DNA of 64,000 nt from an uncultured Staphylococcaceae bacterium (GTDB taxonomy: Bacteria; Bacillota_I; Bacilli_A; RFN20; CAG-826): assembly GCA_964497235.1 (NCBI GenBank), contig CAZCCJ010000005.1, forward strand, positions 371 through 64,370. The letters run 5' to 3'. The notes beneath the pieces are model-generated. The model was not told the origin of the DNA. It saw only the letters and a program-made list of their open reading frames with translations, and did not search any database. Both the position numbers and the translations under genes were made by a program. Below, one piece after another: positions 42,816 to 53,638 of the stretch (position 1 is its first letter; every line of letters begins with the position of its first letter).

Positions 42816-44420
42816 ATGAAAATGAAGAAAATCGTATTTCCGCTAATGGCGGCCACCTTATTGGCGTCATGCGGAACGGTGAGAGATGATAACGTTGACG
42901 TCGAAGGCAAGAGCGTGCTCCTCGTCGCCACCTACGATGGCGGTTTAGGATCGAATTGGCTTAGCGAACTCGGCAAGCGCTTCGCTGATAAATACAAGGA
43001 TGTTTCTTTTGAAGACGGCAAGACTGGCGTCGTGGTCAGAGTTTTGCCAAACCGCGCCTATAACGGCAGCGATCTTTATAACGGAGCCCTTCAACAAGAT
43101 GTCTACTTCACTGAGGACGTCTCTTATTTCGATCACGTCAACAAAGGCAATTTCCTCGATATCAGCGACATCGTCACCGAAAAATTGACCGATTTCGGCG
43201 AAACGAAGTCGATCGAAGACAAGCTTTCTTCCGATATGAAGGAATATTTGACGGCCAAAGACGGCAAATATTATGCGATTCCCTTCTATGACGGATTATA
43301 TGGATTGATCTACGATTATGATTTGTTTGAAGAACAGAATTACTTCTTCAGCCCATCCGGAACTTTCGTCGACTCGAAGACGGCTAAGAAATCAGCCGGC
43401 CCAAACGGCAAAGAGGGCGATTATGACGATGGCTTGCCTTCGACTTATGAGCAATTCTATAAGCTCATCGATGCGATTGAAGGCGATGGCAAGAACGCTT
43501 TCTCTTATTCCTCTTCGCTTAATAACGGCCTCCCGTATGTCTCTCGCGCTTTGACATCATATTGGAGCGATTTCGAAGGTTATGCCAATACGCGAGCCGC
43601 CTATTCATTAAGTGGCACCATCCCTTTGGTCACTTCCATAGAGAATGGGGTGGCGACGACCGAAAACACCGCGATAAACGATGACAATGGATATTTGGTT
43701 CAGAAGCAAGAGGGCAAGCTCAAAGCCCTTCAGTTCATGAAGAAGATAACCTCGCATATGGATAGCACCGCCGGCACAGTCGATGAGGCTCAGTCGAATT
43801 TCATCACCAATTACAGCCTTCATTCCGATCAATACGCCATGCTCTTCGATGGAGCTTGGTGGGAGAATGAAGCAACGGACACATTCAATACCGTTCAAGG
43901 GATGTATGGCACTGGTAAAGCCGATAAACGTTATGGCTTTATGTCCATTCCTAAAGCGGATGCCAGCAAGATAGGCGAAAAACAAACGCTCGTCAGCCAA
44001 AATAATTCCTATTGCTTCATTTCTTCGAAGACGAAATTGCCGAAACTGGCCAAACTTTTCTTCCAATTCGCCCACACCGATAGCAACTTAAGCGCCTTCA
44101 CGGCCGAATTATCGCTGACCCGCGCGCTTTCTTATGAACTCACCGATAGCGATAAGGAAAAAGCGACGTTCTACGCGAACAATCTGATCGACGTCAAAAA
44201 TGACAGCAACATCTTTACCCCCGTTTCCTCAAATAGCGTGGTCATCAACAATTCCTCGACCTTCAATATCGAAACCTGGGCTTGGGGAACTACGGTGAAT
44301 GGGACCGATCAAACCAATCCTTATGTCGCCTTCTCTTCCTCGAATAGCCTCACGCCAGAAGAATATTTCAACGGCATGTCCGCTAGCGCCAAGACCAAGT
44401 GGGCCACTTTGAAGAAATAA
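42816..44420 (+). CDS. Large extracellular solute-binding lipoprotein (LplA-like) of the locus B importer
   Basis: Lipobox LASC. Start set at ATG 42816, after GGAGG; the track start at 42777 has no ribosome-binding site. Confidence 0.85.
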   Translation: MKMKKIVFPLMAATLLASCGTVRDDNVDVEGKSVLLVATYDGGLGSNWLSELGKRFADKYKDVSFEDGKTGVVVRVLPNRAYNGSDLYNGALQQDVYFTEDVSYFDHVNKGNFLDISDIVTEKLTDFGETKSIEDKLSSDMKEYLTAKDGKYYAIPFYDGLYGLIYDYDLFEEQNYFFSPSGTFVDSKTAKKSAGPNGKEGDYDDGLPSTYEQFYKLIDAIEGDGKNAFSYSSSLNNGLPYVSRALTSYWSDFEGYANTRAAYSLSGTIPLVTSIENGVATTENTAINDDNGYLVQKQEGKLKALQFMKKITSHMDSTAGTVDEAQSNFITNYSLHSDQYAMLFDGAWWENEATDTFNTVQGMYGTGKADKRYGFMSIPKADASKIGEKQTLVSQNNSYCFISSKTKLPKLAKLFFQFAHTDSNLSAFTAELSLTRALSYELTDSDKEKATFYANNLIDVKNDSNIFTPVSSNSVVINNSSTFNIETWAWGTTVNGTDQTNPYVAFSSSNSLTPEEYFNGMSASAKTKWATLKK

Positions 44421-44432
44421 CCTAAAGCCACG

Positions 44433-45371
44433 ATGAATTCGACCGTTTCGTTGCCAAATAGATTCCGAAAAGCCACTCGTAAGAAAATCGATTGGCGAGA
44501 ATTGCTCTTTTATTCGTGCCTCGTGATTCTTCCTTTGGCACAATTCGCCATCTTTTATATCGGCGTCAATTTCAATTCGATACTTCTTTCCTTCAAGAGC
44601 TATGACTCTCTCACGGGAACGTACGCTTGGTCTATATCGAATTTCGAAAGGATATGGACGGTGCTCACGACGACTCCGTTATTGACCAAATCTTTGCTCA
44701 ATTCGATCCTCGTTTGGTTTTTCGTCGTTCTTCTTGGGACGACTTTGGCCGTCCTTTTCTCATATTATATCTACAAAAGGAAATTCCTTTCGAAAACGTT
44801 CAAATTCATTCTCTTCATCCCTAGCATTTTGCCTTCCATCTTGCTTGTTAAGATTTACGAATATTTCGTGGATTACGGTTTGCCTGGCTACATCAACGCG
44901 ATGTTTGGCACCGATATGAAAGGGCTTTTGCTTGGCGCGACGCCGAGTTTTTCCGCCGTCATCTTCTATTGCGTCTGGATCGGTTTCGGTTCGCAAGTCC
45001 TTCTATACACCGGGGCGATGGAGCAAATATCGCCTGAGATCAACGACGCTTTGAAAGTCGACGGAGCGGGGCCGCTTAGGGAACTCGTGCATATCGTCAT
45101 CCCGGAATGTTTGCCGACGATCTCGACTTTCTTTATTTCGGGCATCGCGACGATCTTTACCAATCAGGCGAATCTTTGGTCTTTCTTTTCGTCGCGGGCC
45201 CCAAGCAACAATTGGACGATTGGATACTATTTATTCTATTTGGTCAACAACAGCGATTTAGGCATTTCCGAATATCCATACGCTTCGGCGCTGGGGCTAT
45301 GTTGCACGCTTATCGCTTTGCCTCTTACTTTCTTGGCTAATCACTTCTTGATGAGGAGGGACAACGCATGA
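44433..45371 (+). CDS. Carbohydrate ABC transporter permease (LplB/MalF-like)
   Basis: DALKVDGAGPLRELVHIVIPE EAA loop. Roughly 45 % identical by eye to the locus A counterpart. Confidence 0.9.
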   Translation: MNSTVSLPNRFRKATRKKIDWRELLFYSCLVILPLAQFAIFYIGVNFNSILLSFKSYDSLTGTYAWSISNFERIWTVLTTTPLLTKSLLNSILVWFFVVLLGTTLAVLFSYYIYKRKFLSKTFKFILFIPSILPSILLVKIYEYFVDYGLPGYINAMFGTDMKGLLLGATPSFSAVIFYCVWIGFGSQVLLYTGAMEQISPEINDALKVDGAGPLRELVHIVIPECLPTISTFFISGIATIFTNQANLWSFFSSRAPSNNWTIGYYLFYLVNNSDLGISEYPYASALGLCCTLIALPLTFLANHFLMRRDNA

Positions 45372-46294
45372 GCAAATTCGCGCAGTTTTCCCGTTCGAAT
45401 AAGCGCAAAAGCATCAAAGAGCCGTTCAATTGGCTGGCGCTTATATTGTTTATTTTGCTCGCTCTTTATTCGTTAAGCCTTCTTTTCCCGGTTCTTTGGT
45501 CGCTTATGACCACTTTCAAAACCCCAGCCGAATACAAAATCCTCAAAAACGTGATAGGTTGGCCGCAGAACTTCAATTTCGATAACTACGTCAACGCCTA
45601 TAAGAATTTCTCCGTCTCCGTCTATAACAACGAGACTGGCAAATACACCGATTACTATATGTTGGATTTGTTCGCCAATTCGCTGGTTTATAGCATCTTA
45701 TGCGCTTTGGCGGCCACAATCACCCCATGCATCGTCGCCTATGCGGTGGCCCGTTTCGACTTCAAATTCTCGAAAGTCATCTATTCGATCGTCATCGTCG
45801 CGATGGCGCTCCCTATCGTCGGCTCTTTGCCTAGCGAAATCCAAATGGCGAAGAATTTGGGCATTTTCGACACATTCATAGGCTTATTCATCATGAAAGC
45901 GAATTTCCTAGGGATCTATTTCCTGGTCTTTTACGCTCAATTCAAGGCGATTCCGATGGCGTATTCGGAAGCCGCGAAAATCGATGGGGCCTCGCATCTA
46001 CGCATCATGGTTCAGGTTATTTTGCCATTATGCTTGGGAACCATAGGCACCGTCTTCTTGCTTAACTTCATCACTTATTGGAACGATTACCAGGTTCCTA
46101 TGATTTATTTGCCATCTCATCCTGTCGCGGCTTTTGGCATGTTCAATTTCCAATATTCTTACGTCACTGAACTACAAAACACTCCGACCCGTTTGGCCGG
46201 CATCTTTATCATGGCGGCTCCGATCGTGGTGGTTTTCGCCGTCTTAAACAAGCGTTTGATGGTCAATCTGTCCGTTGGCGGCATCAAAGGTTAG
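45368..46294 (+). CDS. Carbohydrate ABC transporter permease (LplC/MalG-like)
   Basis: EAAKIDGASHLRIMVQVILP EAA loop. ATGA overlap with the upstream permease gene. Confidence 0.9.
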   Translation: MSKFAQFSRSNKRKSIKEPFNWLALILFILLALYSLSLLFPVLWSLMTTFKTPAEYKILKNVIGWPQNFNFDNYVNAYKNFSVSVYNNETGKYTDYYMLDLFANSLVYSILCALAATITPCIVAYAVARFDFKFSKVIYSIVIVAMALPIVGSLPSEIQMAKNLGIFDTFIGLFIMKANFLGIYFLVFYAQFKAIPMAYSEAAKIDGASHLRIMVQVILPLCLGTIGTVFLLNFITYWNDYQVPMIYLPSHPVAAFGMFNFQYSYVTELQNTPTRLAGIFIMAAPIVVVFAVLNKRLMVNLSVGGIKG

Positions 46295-46332
46295 GTCAAA
46301 GCCTCAAAAATTAAGGACAAGAAAGGACAAAA

Positions 46333-49284
46333 ATGAAAAAGAAATTCCTCGCCCTTCTCTTCTTGCCATCCCTTGGCGCAGCGTCTTTTTCCGCCATGCC
46401 GTCATTTGCGGAAGCGGGGGAGCTACCGACTTCGATGAGCATCGGCGAAAGCGTGCTCATTCCTTCGAAGACGCTTTCGTATAACGGCGAAAGCAAGACG
46501 GCTGATGTGATTGTCACCTCTCCTAGCGGCGGAACCTATTCCGGAAGCCGTTTGACTGCGGTGGAAAATGGCGTTTATCAGATCACTTATCGCGCTATAT
46601 TCGGGACGCACGAAGAAAAAGAGACGCATGATATACGCGTCGATTACCGCGCGTGCGACTTATTCGAAGGGAATGGCTATGTTTCTTCTAATCTCGGCGA
46701 ATTTAGCCTTGATAGCTCATTTTCCGGCGTCAAAGCCACTTTCGAAAACAACGGCGTCTTGACTTACAAGAAGCCGGTTGATCTGAATAAGCTTTCCGAC
46801 GACACGCCATTAGTTAGTTTCATAATCGATCCTTCGACGGTGGGGACTCAAGATTTCTCGACGTTCAACATCATCGTCACCGATGCCTATGACAAAAACA
46901 ATTACGTGACCATCAATTGCGTCGATTCCATCACTAACCTCAATGGCGAGGGGATGTACGTCAAAGCGGGCGCCGTCGGACAGACGCTTTATGGTTATGA
47001 AGAGGATACAAAACGCCATGACAATCCCTCTTTCGGCGCGAGTCTCCGTTCCGGCTTCCGCTCAATCAGCCTTAGTGGCGAATATCACACGGCCGACATC
47101 TATTTCGATTACGATGAACGCGCGCTTTATGGATATCCGAATTACCTAGGCACGCCGCTTATGAGGGAGATCGTCGATTTGGATGGCAAAGCGGACCATC
47201 CGACGGATCCCTTCAAAGGCTTTTCGTCAGGCATCGTCTATCTAAGTTTCGAGGCGAAGAATTTCTCAAGCGGCAAAGGCGACGTCGTCTTCACCTCGGT
47301 TGCGGGCGAAAACCTTAGCTTATCCTCTTATGTCGATGACGAAGCTCCTACATTAAACGTCGATTTGGCTGGAAATTCATCGGTTCCCGATGCGGTGCTT
47401 GGCAAGCCATACAAGATTTTCGAGGCTTCATCATTCGACGAATTCATCGGCGATGTCGATGTTTCTAGCGAAGTTTATTATTTGGCTAGCGACGGAAAGA
47501 GAATCGATGTTGACGTTAAGGACGGTTATTTCACTCCGCTGCATTTGGGTGATTACGAGATCGTTTATTCCGTAACTGACAATTTTCGTAATGAAGAAGA
47601 AGTCGTCATAAACGTTTCCTGCGTTAGAAAAACTCCATCCATCGTCGGGCTTCTTTCGACGAATAAGATGGATGCGACCGTCTATTCTTCGGTCGCTTTG
47701 CCATCACTAGATGATTTCTCCGTAAGCGGCGGCAGTGGGCGGCTCGAAAAAAGCCGTTTGCTTATCGACCCGGACGGAAACCTCTCCTCTCTTCATGAAG
47801 ATTCATTCGTTCCGACTAAAGTCGGTACTTACACCGTCCGTTATCAGGCATTCGACTATCTTGGCCAAGCGGCGATTTCCAACATCAAAGTCTCCGTCAA
47901 AAATCTTGATTCGCCGATTTTCCTAAATGAGATAAAACTGCCAGTCGCTTTATCGAAGGGCGAAAAAGTCGCTTTGCCGATCGTCAAGGCGATGAAGCCC
48001 GGCGAATCTTCTCCCGTCGAGAGCGAAGTGGAAATATTCGTGAATGGAACGAAGCTAGAAGGCAATTCCTTCGTTGCCGATGGCGACGGCGTTTCCATCG
48101 CCTATGTGGCCTCCTCTTTAAGAAAGGAATTCGAATTGCCCGTCGTTGATTTAGGAGAAGGAGCCAATCAAGAAAAATACTTTTATGGCGATGGCGATTC
48201 GACCGTTTCCGAAAACGATGTTTCATTCACCGCGAAAGAAGACGGGGAAGTTACGTTTTTACGCGCTTTGAAGCCATCGGCTATGTCCCTCAATTTCACT
48301 CTTCCGGATATGATCGACGGAGAGAAAGCCGAAATCGAATTAACGGATGGCGAAACCACAGTCACTTTGGCGCTTTCCAAAAACAATGACAACTACGTCC
48401 TTATCACATCGGAAAGCTCCACTTCAATCAGTTTGAACAACGATTCTACGATCTATCTTTCCTATGATAACGACACCCATAAGGTCTCCGATGGAACGGG
48501 CTATACGGTCGCGGCCTTGGGCGAAGATGATAATGGGAACGTTTTCAAAGGCTTCTCTAATGACATAACCTTATCTTTCCACTTGGCCAAAGATAGGTCG
48601 ATTTCCATTAAGAAAATCAATAACCAAACATTCGGAAAGCGCGGAAGGGAAACGCCTTCCGATCGAATCGGTCCAGAGCTATCATTCCAAAACATGCCGG
48701 CCGTCAAGCAAAAGGTGGGCTCTAAGGTGATTTTGCCATCCGCCAAAGCCTATGACGTCCTAAACGAAGTCGAATCCTTCACCTGCACTTTGACGAAGCC
48801 AGACGGCACCAAAACGGCCATCGATCCCAACATCAACAATGAGTTGTCGTTTGAGCAATACGGCTCTTACCGCCTCGAATATTTGGCAAGCGATAAGAAG
48901 GGCAATTCTTCGAAAACGACCCGCTTATTCAGCGTCTATGAATCGAATGAGCCGTCCTTCTCACTTACGTCTTCGCTAAAAGATTCATATAAAGTCGGTG
49001 AGGAGATTGCCTTGCCTAGCTACAAAGTAAGCGACGATTCTTCTTCTTACGTCGTTACTTTCATATTGCTTACGCCAGATTACGAAAGGGTGATGTTACT
49101 CAAAGACGAAAACGGGACGCCGACATATTATCTGGATAAGGACGATTATGCCTCATACCGCGTCTCCTCGACTTCCTTCAAAGTGAAGAAAGAGGGCAAA
49201 TACTCATTGCTCATCACGGCTAAGGATAGATTCTACAATTTCACATCCCAAACGATCGATTTCGTAGTGAAAGGAGCGAAATAA
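46333..49284 (+). CDS. Large (983 aa) Ig-array surface protein, paralogue of the 16883 gene product
   Basis: Signal peptide MKKKFLALLFLPSLGAASFSAMPSFA. Ig-like domain ends LGDYEIVYSVTDNFRN, VGTYTVRYQAFDYLGQ, YGSYRLEYLASDKKGN. Collinear matches to the 1412-aa protein are listed in the findings. Confidence 0.75.
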   Translation: MKKKFLALLFLPSLGAASFSAMPSFAEAGELPTSMSIGESVLIPSKTLSYNGESKTADVIVTSPSGGTYSGSRLTAVENGVYQITYRAIFGTHEEKETHDIRVDYRACDLFEGNGYVSSNLGEFSLDSSFSGVKATFENNGVLTYKKPVDLNKLSDDTPLVSFIIDPSTVGTQDFSTFNIIVTDAYDKNNYVTINCVDSITNLNGEGMYVKAGAVGQTLYGYEEDTKRHDNPSFGASLRSGFRSISLSGEYHTADIYFDYDERALYGYPNYLGTPLMREIVDLDGKADHPTDPFKGFSSGIVYLSFEAKNFSSGKGDVVFTSVAGENLSLSSYVDDEAPTLNVDLAGNSSVPDAVLGKPYKIFEASSFDEFIGDVDVSSEVYYLASDGKRIDVDVKDGYFTPLHLGDYEIVYSVTDNFRNEEEVVINVSCVRKTPSIVGLLSTNKMDATVYSSVALPSLDDFSVSGGSGRLEKSRLLIDPDGNLSSLHEDSFVPTKVGTYTVRYQAFDYLGQAAISNIKVSVKNLDSPIFLNEIKLPVALSKGEKVALPIVKAMKPGESSPVESEVEIFVNGTKLEGNSFVADGDGVSIAYVASSLRKEFELPVVDLGEGANQEKYFYGDGDSTVSENDVSFTAKEDGEVTFLRALKPSAMSLNFTLPDMIDGEKAEIELTDGETTVTLALSKNNDNYVLITSESSTSISLNNDSTIYLSYDNDTHKVSDGTGYTVAALGEDDNGNVFKGFSNDITLSFHLAKDRSISIKKINNQTFGKRGRETPSDRIGPELSFQNMPAVKQKVGSKVILPSAKAYDVLNEVESFTCTLTKPDGTKTAIDPNINNELSFEQYGSYRLEYLASDKKGNSSKTTRLFSVYESNEPSFSLTSSLKDSYKVGEEIALPSYKVSDDSSSYVVTFILLTPDYERVMLLKDENGTPTYYLDKDDYASYRVSSTSFKVKKEGKYSLLITAKDRFYNFTSQTIDFVVKGAK

Positions 49285-51143
49285 TGAACGGCAGAAGAAT
49301 ACTTATTCCCTTGATTTTGCTTTCTAGCGTCATTTCTTGCTCGCCATCTGAAATCAAGAAGTCCGAAGGCGAGGGGATGTCGATCATTTCCGATGGCTTA
49401 AGCGACTATAAGATCGTGATCCCGGAGAAGGCATCGACCTACGTTAGTCTCGCTTCAAGCGAGCTTAGCTATTTCCTCATGCAGTCTAGCGGCTACAAAA
49501 TGGAAGTCGTAAGCGACGAGAAGAACGTAACCGGCAAATACATTTCCTTAGGTTTGACCTCGCTTCTTGCTTCGTCTTCATCGTATAAGGATACGGACGA
49601 TTATGGCCTCTCCGGATATCGCGTTTTTTCGGAGAATGGGAATATATACATCTATGGGACGTCGAGCAAAAACGCCGGCACGTTATATGGGGTGTATGAT
49701 TTCCTCCACGAAACCATCGATTATGAGGCTTACGCGAGCGACGAATACTATTATGCGGCAAAGGACGAAGTCACTTACGATGGCAAGGACGAAGTCGTGA
49801 TGCCGAGCTTCGACGTCCGTTCGGTCGGATATAAATCGACCAATTCCGATTCGACCGTCACAAGGCGCCTTAGGCTAGAAACCCAAAGCGGATCGGACGA
49901 TTGGTACGGCTTTGGGCATTCACAGATCAATGGCTTCTATATCAACGTCAAGGATCGAGAAGAGAAAGTGGCCTCGGGCGAGTGGAAAAACGACTGGTTC
50001 GCCTCTTCGTCCAATACCGCAGCCGACAACCAGCTTTGCTATACCGGGGGCGAAGGGTTAGTGCAAGTCGTGGCCGATGCGATGATAGAGAAAATGAAAC
50101 TCCATCCAGACGCGACTTACTTCATGTTCGGGCAACAGGACAATTCCAATTTCTGCACCTGCTCGCGTTGCGAAAAAGCCAAAAAAGAGTGGGGATGCAA
50201 CACCTCAGGCCTTCAAATAGCTTTCATGAACGACGTCATCAAACTGACCGACGCCTACTTAAAGGAAAATGAACCGGGCAGGAAAGTGCGTTATGTCGTC
50301 TTTTCCTATACCGAAACTACCGCCCCTCCGACGAAGGAAGTGGATGGCAAATACGTTCCTTATTCCGATAAGGTGATCCCGAATGAGAACCTTTATTTCT
50401 ACTACGCCCCGATTGGGACCGATTTCTCTTCTGGGCTCGATTCGTTAAGCAATGAATCGTATTACGAAGCGATCCAAGGATGGAATGTCCTCGCGAGCGG
50501 GCGCATCCTATGCTATCTATACGATATTAATTTCCGTCACTATTTCCTCAATTTCTATAACGTGAACACTATTAAGAACATGTATTCGCTTTATAAGGAA
50601 TTCGGCGTTTCCTATATGTATTCGCAAGGGCCGCTAGACACTTCCGTTCCTTGCTTTGAGGAAGCGAGGGTCTATGTCGAGAGCAAATTGATGTGGGATG
50701 TCTCGCTTGATTACGAAGAAACGCTTATGGATTTCTTCACGCATTATTACGGACCGGCCGCGAAATACGTGAAGGAATATTGGGACCTTACCTTTGATGC
50801 ATCCGCTGAATATAGCGCGAATGGCAACTACATCGGCGGCATCTATAGCGCACTCAATAGCAGCTCCTTATGGACCGAACCTCTTGTGAGCGCCTTCCGC
50901 CGCTCATTTGATAAAGCCTATGAATCGATAAAGGACTTAGAACTTGAGAACCCATCCTTATATGAATCGTTGTTCACAAGGTTAAAGAAGATCGAATTGA
51001 CGGTTATATATCTGGAACTTTCGTATTATTCCTTATATTTCTCGAGCGACGAGGTCTCATCGAAGAAAGCCGATTTCGAGAAATACTGCGCTAAATTTGG
51101 CATCACCAAATCTAGCGAAGGCGGAAGCCTGCCCAATTTCTAA
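49284..51143 (+). CDS. DUF4838-like lipoprotein, paralogue of 21133-23052
   Basis: Lipobox VISC. YKIVIPEKASTYVSLASSELSYFL...YISLG. FGQQDNSNFCTCSRCEKAKKE has the same C-x-C-x-x-C motif. TAATG overlap with the upstream gene. Confidence 0.65.
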   Translation: MNGRRILIPLILLSSVISCSPSEIKKSEGEGMSIISDGLSDYKIVIPEKASTYVSLASSELSYFLMQSSGYKMEVVSDEKNVTGKYISLGLTSLLASSSSYKDTDDYGLSGYRVFSENGNIYIYGTSSKNAGTLYGVYDFLHETIDYEAYASDEYYYAAKDEVTYDGKDEVVMPSFDVRSVGYKSTNSDSTVTRRLRLETQSGSDDWYGFGHSQINGFYINVKDREEKVASGEWKNDWFASSSNTAADNQLCYTGGEGLVQVVADAMIEKMKLHPDATYFMFGQQDNSNFCTCSRCEKAKKEWGCNTSGLQIAFMNDVIKLTDAYLKENEPGRKVRYVVFSYTETTAPPTKEVDGKYVPYSDKVIPNENLYFYYAPIGTDFSSGLDSLSNESYYEAIQGWNVLASGRILCYLYDINFRHYFLNFYNVNTIKNMYSLYKEFGVSYMYSQGPLDTSVPCFEEARVYVESKLMWDVSLDYEETLMDFFTHYYGPAAKYVKEYWDLTFDASAEYSANGNYIGGIYSALNSSSLWTEPLVSAFRRSFDKAYESIKDLELENPSLYESLFTRLKKIELTVIYLELSYYSLYFSSDEVSSKKADFEKYCAKFGITKSSEGGSLPNF

Positions 51144-51160
51144 ACAAAGGAGCGAACAAA

Positions 51161-53380
51161 ATGAAAAAACAAAATCTCGCCTTGCTTATCCTCTCCTCGA
51201 CCTTGTTGCTTGGGTCTTGCGTATCGAATGGTTCCGACAAAACGACTTCATCGAGCGATAACGAGAGCCAAAAAGAGACGATAACGCTCAATAAAAAGTC
51301 CTTTTCTTTGGCGCCTGGGCAAACGTTTCAGCTTACTTCCTCAAAAGAAGGCGTCTCTTATTCGTCAAGCGACGCTAGCGTGGCGACGGTCGATTCCAAT
51401 GGCCTAGTCAAAGCGATCTCTCTAGGTTCGGCGATCATCACCGCCTCATTGGGCGATATCCAGGGCTTAGCAAAGGTCACCGTCACTGATGAGCTTATAT
51501 CAACTTTGTCGATAAATTTCGCGACTTCAAGCGTCGCCTTATATAGCGGTGAGAGTGTTGCTCTCTCTCCGGCCGTCAAATTCGGCGATGAGACGATAGA
51601 TAACGCGAATATCGAATATGGAAGCGCGGATGAAGACGTCGTAACCTACGCCGATGGGAAAGTGACGGCGAAGAAGGAAGGGAGCGCATCGATTTACGCG
51701 AAAGTGTCTTATGATGGCTATAGCGACGTCGCCTATGTCTCCGTTGAGGTTCTTTCCCTCAAAACCAGGATTCTCCCTGAATTCAAGGAAAGGAATGTGG
51801 TGGTCGGTGAAGAAGGCCTTGATCTCTCTTTCACTTTGTTAAAAGGCGATGATGAGATCGTCGGAACCCATTCATACACGTATTCTTTAAGCGACGAGAC
51901 GCTCGCCGAAGTCGATGGCAACGTTTTGAAAGGAAAGAAGAAGGGGAAAGTCGACCTTGTTGTCTCGACGATTTATGAAGGCGAAACCGTTTCCTTGACG
52001 ATTTCCTTCGTCGTCAATGAGTGGATCGATCTCGACTTCTATAGCGAAGGGGTTTTGTTCGAAACCCATAAGATACTCAATGGGAATTCCTTTGGGGAAA
52101 ACGTGGGGACGCCTGAATTAAGCGGCTATCAATTTGCCGGATACGTCGATCAAAACGGCGATTCGTTCACCAAAGATTCGATTTATGACGATAGCACCTC
52201 CTTTGAGGCGAGATGGCTTGCGATCACCGGAAAGATCGATGGCGCGAGGGGGACGCTAGTCAAAGGATTCTATTCGATAGATGAGTTTATCTGCCCTCAA
52301 AAGGGCCAAGACGGTTTTGGCTATTATTCGTGTAACGAAAAAGGCGACGCGAAGCTTGAAGAAGGGGAGTATGCGTTCAATCTCCAAGTCTCCGGGGTCA
52401 ATGATTACGATATAACGCTTCCTGCTTTCGATTTCGTTTCGGCTGGACGCGTTGATTTCTATTTCTCGGAGAATTATGGCGAATGGGACGTCTTAAGAAT
52501 CAATGGCGCTGAATATGTCTTCAATGCGAACACCGTGATGGTCACAGTCGCCGCAAATGGCGATGGCACTGCGTCTTTATATCTGAATGACGTCATTTTC
52601 ACGACTCTTGACACAGCTGTATCAAACGGCGAGGAAGGAATGAAACTCACCTTCACCCGCGATTCGGGGCATACTTATCAATCCTTCTATATCGGCCCGT
52701 TCATGAGCTATGTCTATGACTACAGGACCAAGTTAAACGATTTGGTCTCGTCTTTGCCCGCCGATCCATCGGCTTTGAGCGATGATGAATCCATCGCCTT
52801 ATTCAAAGGATACGCTGAAGCGGTTAGCTATCTCACGCCATACGAAACCATCCATTATAGCGAGCCGGCTAAGGTCATGGCGCTTAAGAATGCGATAAAA
52901 GGGAAGACGACGTCGTTATTCACGATACCAGAGGAAAGAAACTGGACGAGTGTCCGCGCGATTGGAATCGATACCGACGGCAAAGGCTTCTCGAATAACG
53001 GCGGAAGCGAATACATGGGCATCAATTTCCAAAGCGGCGGCATAAGCGATGGGATAACGCAGTACGTAAAATTCCCGAAGATTAACTATGCCCTCTATAG
53101 CTCCGTGGATTTCAAGATAATGCATAACTACATCGGTGCTTCGGTGAAAGTCGGAGAATCAGAACTTATTACGTTTAATGTAAAAGACACTTGGGTCGAT
53201 GTTTCGATTGCGAAGAATTCCGATGACAAGATGGCAATCACCTGCGGAACGACATCTATCGTTCTTAGCGATGAGGTCGCAAACGGCAAAGCCAATCTTC
53301 GTTTCGACGTCACTCGTGATAGAAGTCTAAGCGGCATGTACGACACTTTCGCATTCACGAAATTCGTCGCGACGTTCTAA
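51161..53380 (+). CDS. Lipoprotein with three Big_2 domains, a Listeria-Bacteroides-type repeat and a C-terminal module of about 340 aa
   Basis: Lipobox LGSC. Big_2 pattern YSSSDASVATVDSNGLVKAISLGSAIITA. GYQFAGYVDQNGDSF...FEARW. The C-terminal module is shared with the 53639 gene product. Confidence 0.75.
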   Translation: MKKQNLALLILSSTLLLGSCVSNGSDKTTSSSDNESQKETITLNKKSFSLAPGQTFQLTSSKEGVSYSSSDASVATVDSNGLVKAISLGSAIITASLGDIQGLAKVTVTDELISTLSINFATSSVALYSGESVALSPAVKFGDETIDNANIEYGSADEDVVTYADGKVTAKKEGSASIYAKVSYDGYSDVAYVSVEVLSLKTRILPEFKERNVVVGEEGLDLSFTLLKGDDEIVGTHSYTYSLSDETLAEVDGNVLKGKKKGKVDLVVSTIYEGETVSLTISFVVNEWIDLDFYSEGVLFETHKILNGNSFGENVGTPELSGYQFAGYVDQNGDSFTKDSIYDDSTSFEARWLAITGKIDGARGTLVKGFYSIDEFICPQKGQDGFGYYSCNEKGDAKLEEGEYAFNLQVSGVNDYDITLPAFDFVSAGRVDFYFSENYGEWDVLRINGAEYVFNANTVMVTVAANGDGTASLYLNDVIFTTLDTAVSNGEEGMKLTFTRDSGHTYQSFYIGPFMSYVYDYRTKLNDLVSSLPADPSALSDDESIALFKGYAEAVSYLTPYETIHYSEPAKVMALKNAIKGKTTSLFTIPEERNWTSVRAIGIDTDGKGFSNNGGSEYMGINFQSGGISDGITQYVKFPKINYALYSSVDFKIMHNYIGASVKVGESELITFNVKDTWVDVSIAKNSDDKMAITCGTTSIVLSDEVANGKANLRFDVTRDRSLSGMYDTFAFTKFVATF

Positions 53381-53385
53381 TGTCT

Positions 53386-53427
53386 AAAGAGAAGGGAGCC
53401 AAAAAGCGGTTGCCTTCTCTTTTTTTC
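53386..53427 (+). terminator. Rho-independent terminator ending the locus B operon
   Basis: aaagagaagg...ccttctcttt followed by a T-run. Confidence 0.65.
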
Positions 53428-53525
53428 GTCCGTCATTAATCATTTAAAGCAACTCCATGGCCATTTATTGCCGTCAAAAGCGAAAATATGACAATTAGCG
53501 GATAAAAAGAGATAAATGCTATTTT

Positions 53526-53539
53526 TGAAAGCGGTTACA
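53526..53539 (+). promoter_or_regulatory. cre-like operator upstream of the mosaic surface-protein gene
   Basis: TGAAAGCGGTTACA, preceded by T, fits WTGNAANCGNWNNCW. Confidence 0.45.
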
Positions 53540-53638
53540 ATGATGTCGTATAAAAAGGGTCTTTTTGCGCATTCCAACTATTGATCAGCGGAAATGGCGC
53601 GAACAGAATCGCAAAACAAGAAAGAAAGGATCATCACA

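Noticed and set aside
43608-44075. A 155-aa minus-strand ORF inside the locus B solute-binding protein gene. Similar antisense ORFs lie at 18885-19295, 7174-7672, 11558-11917 and 4900-5374.
   Set aside because: All are antisense to confidently identified genes. They show no motif or start context and are shadow ORFs.
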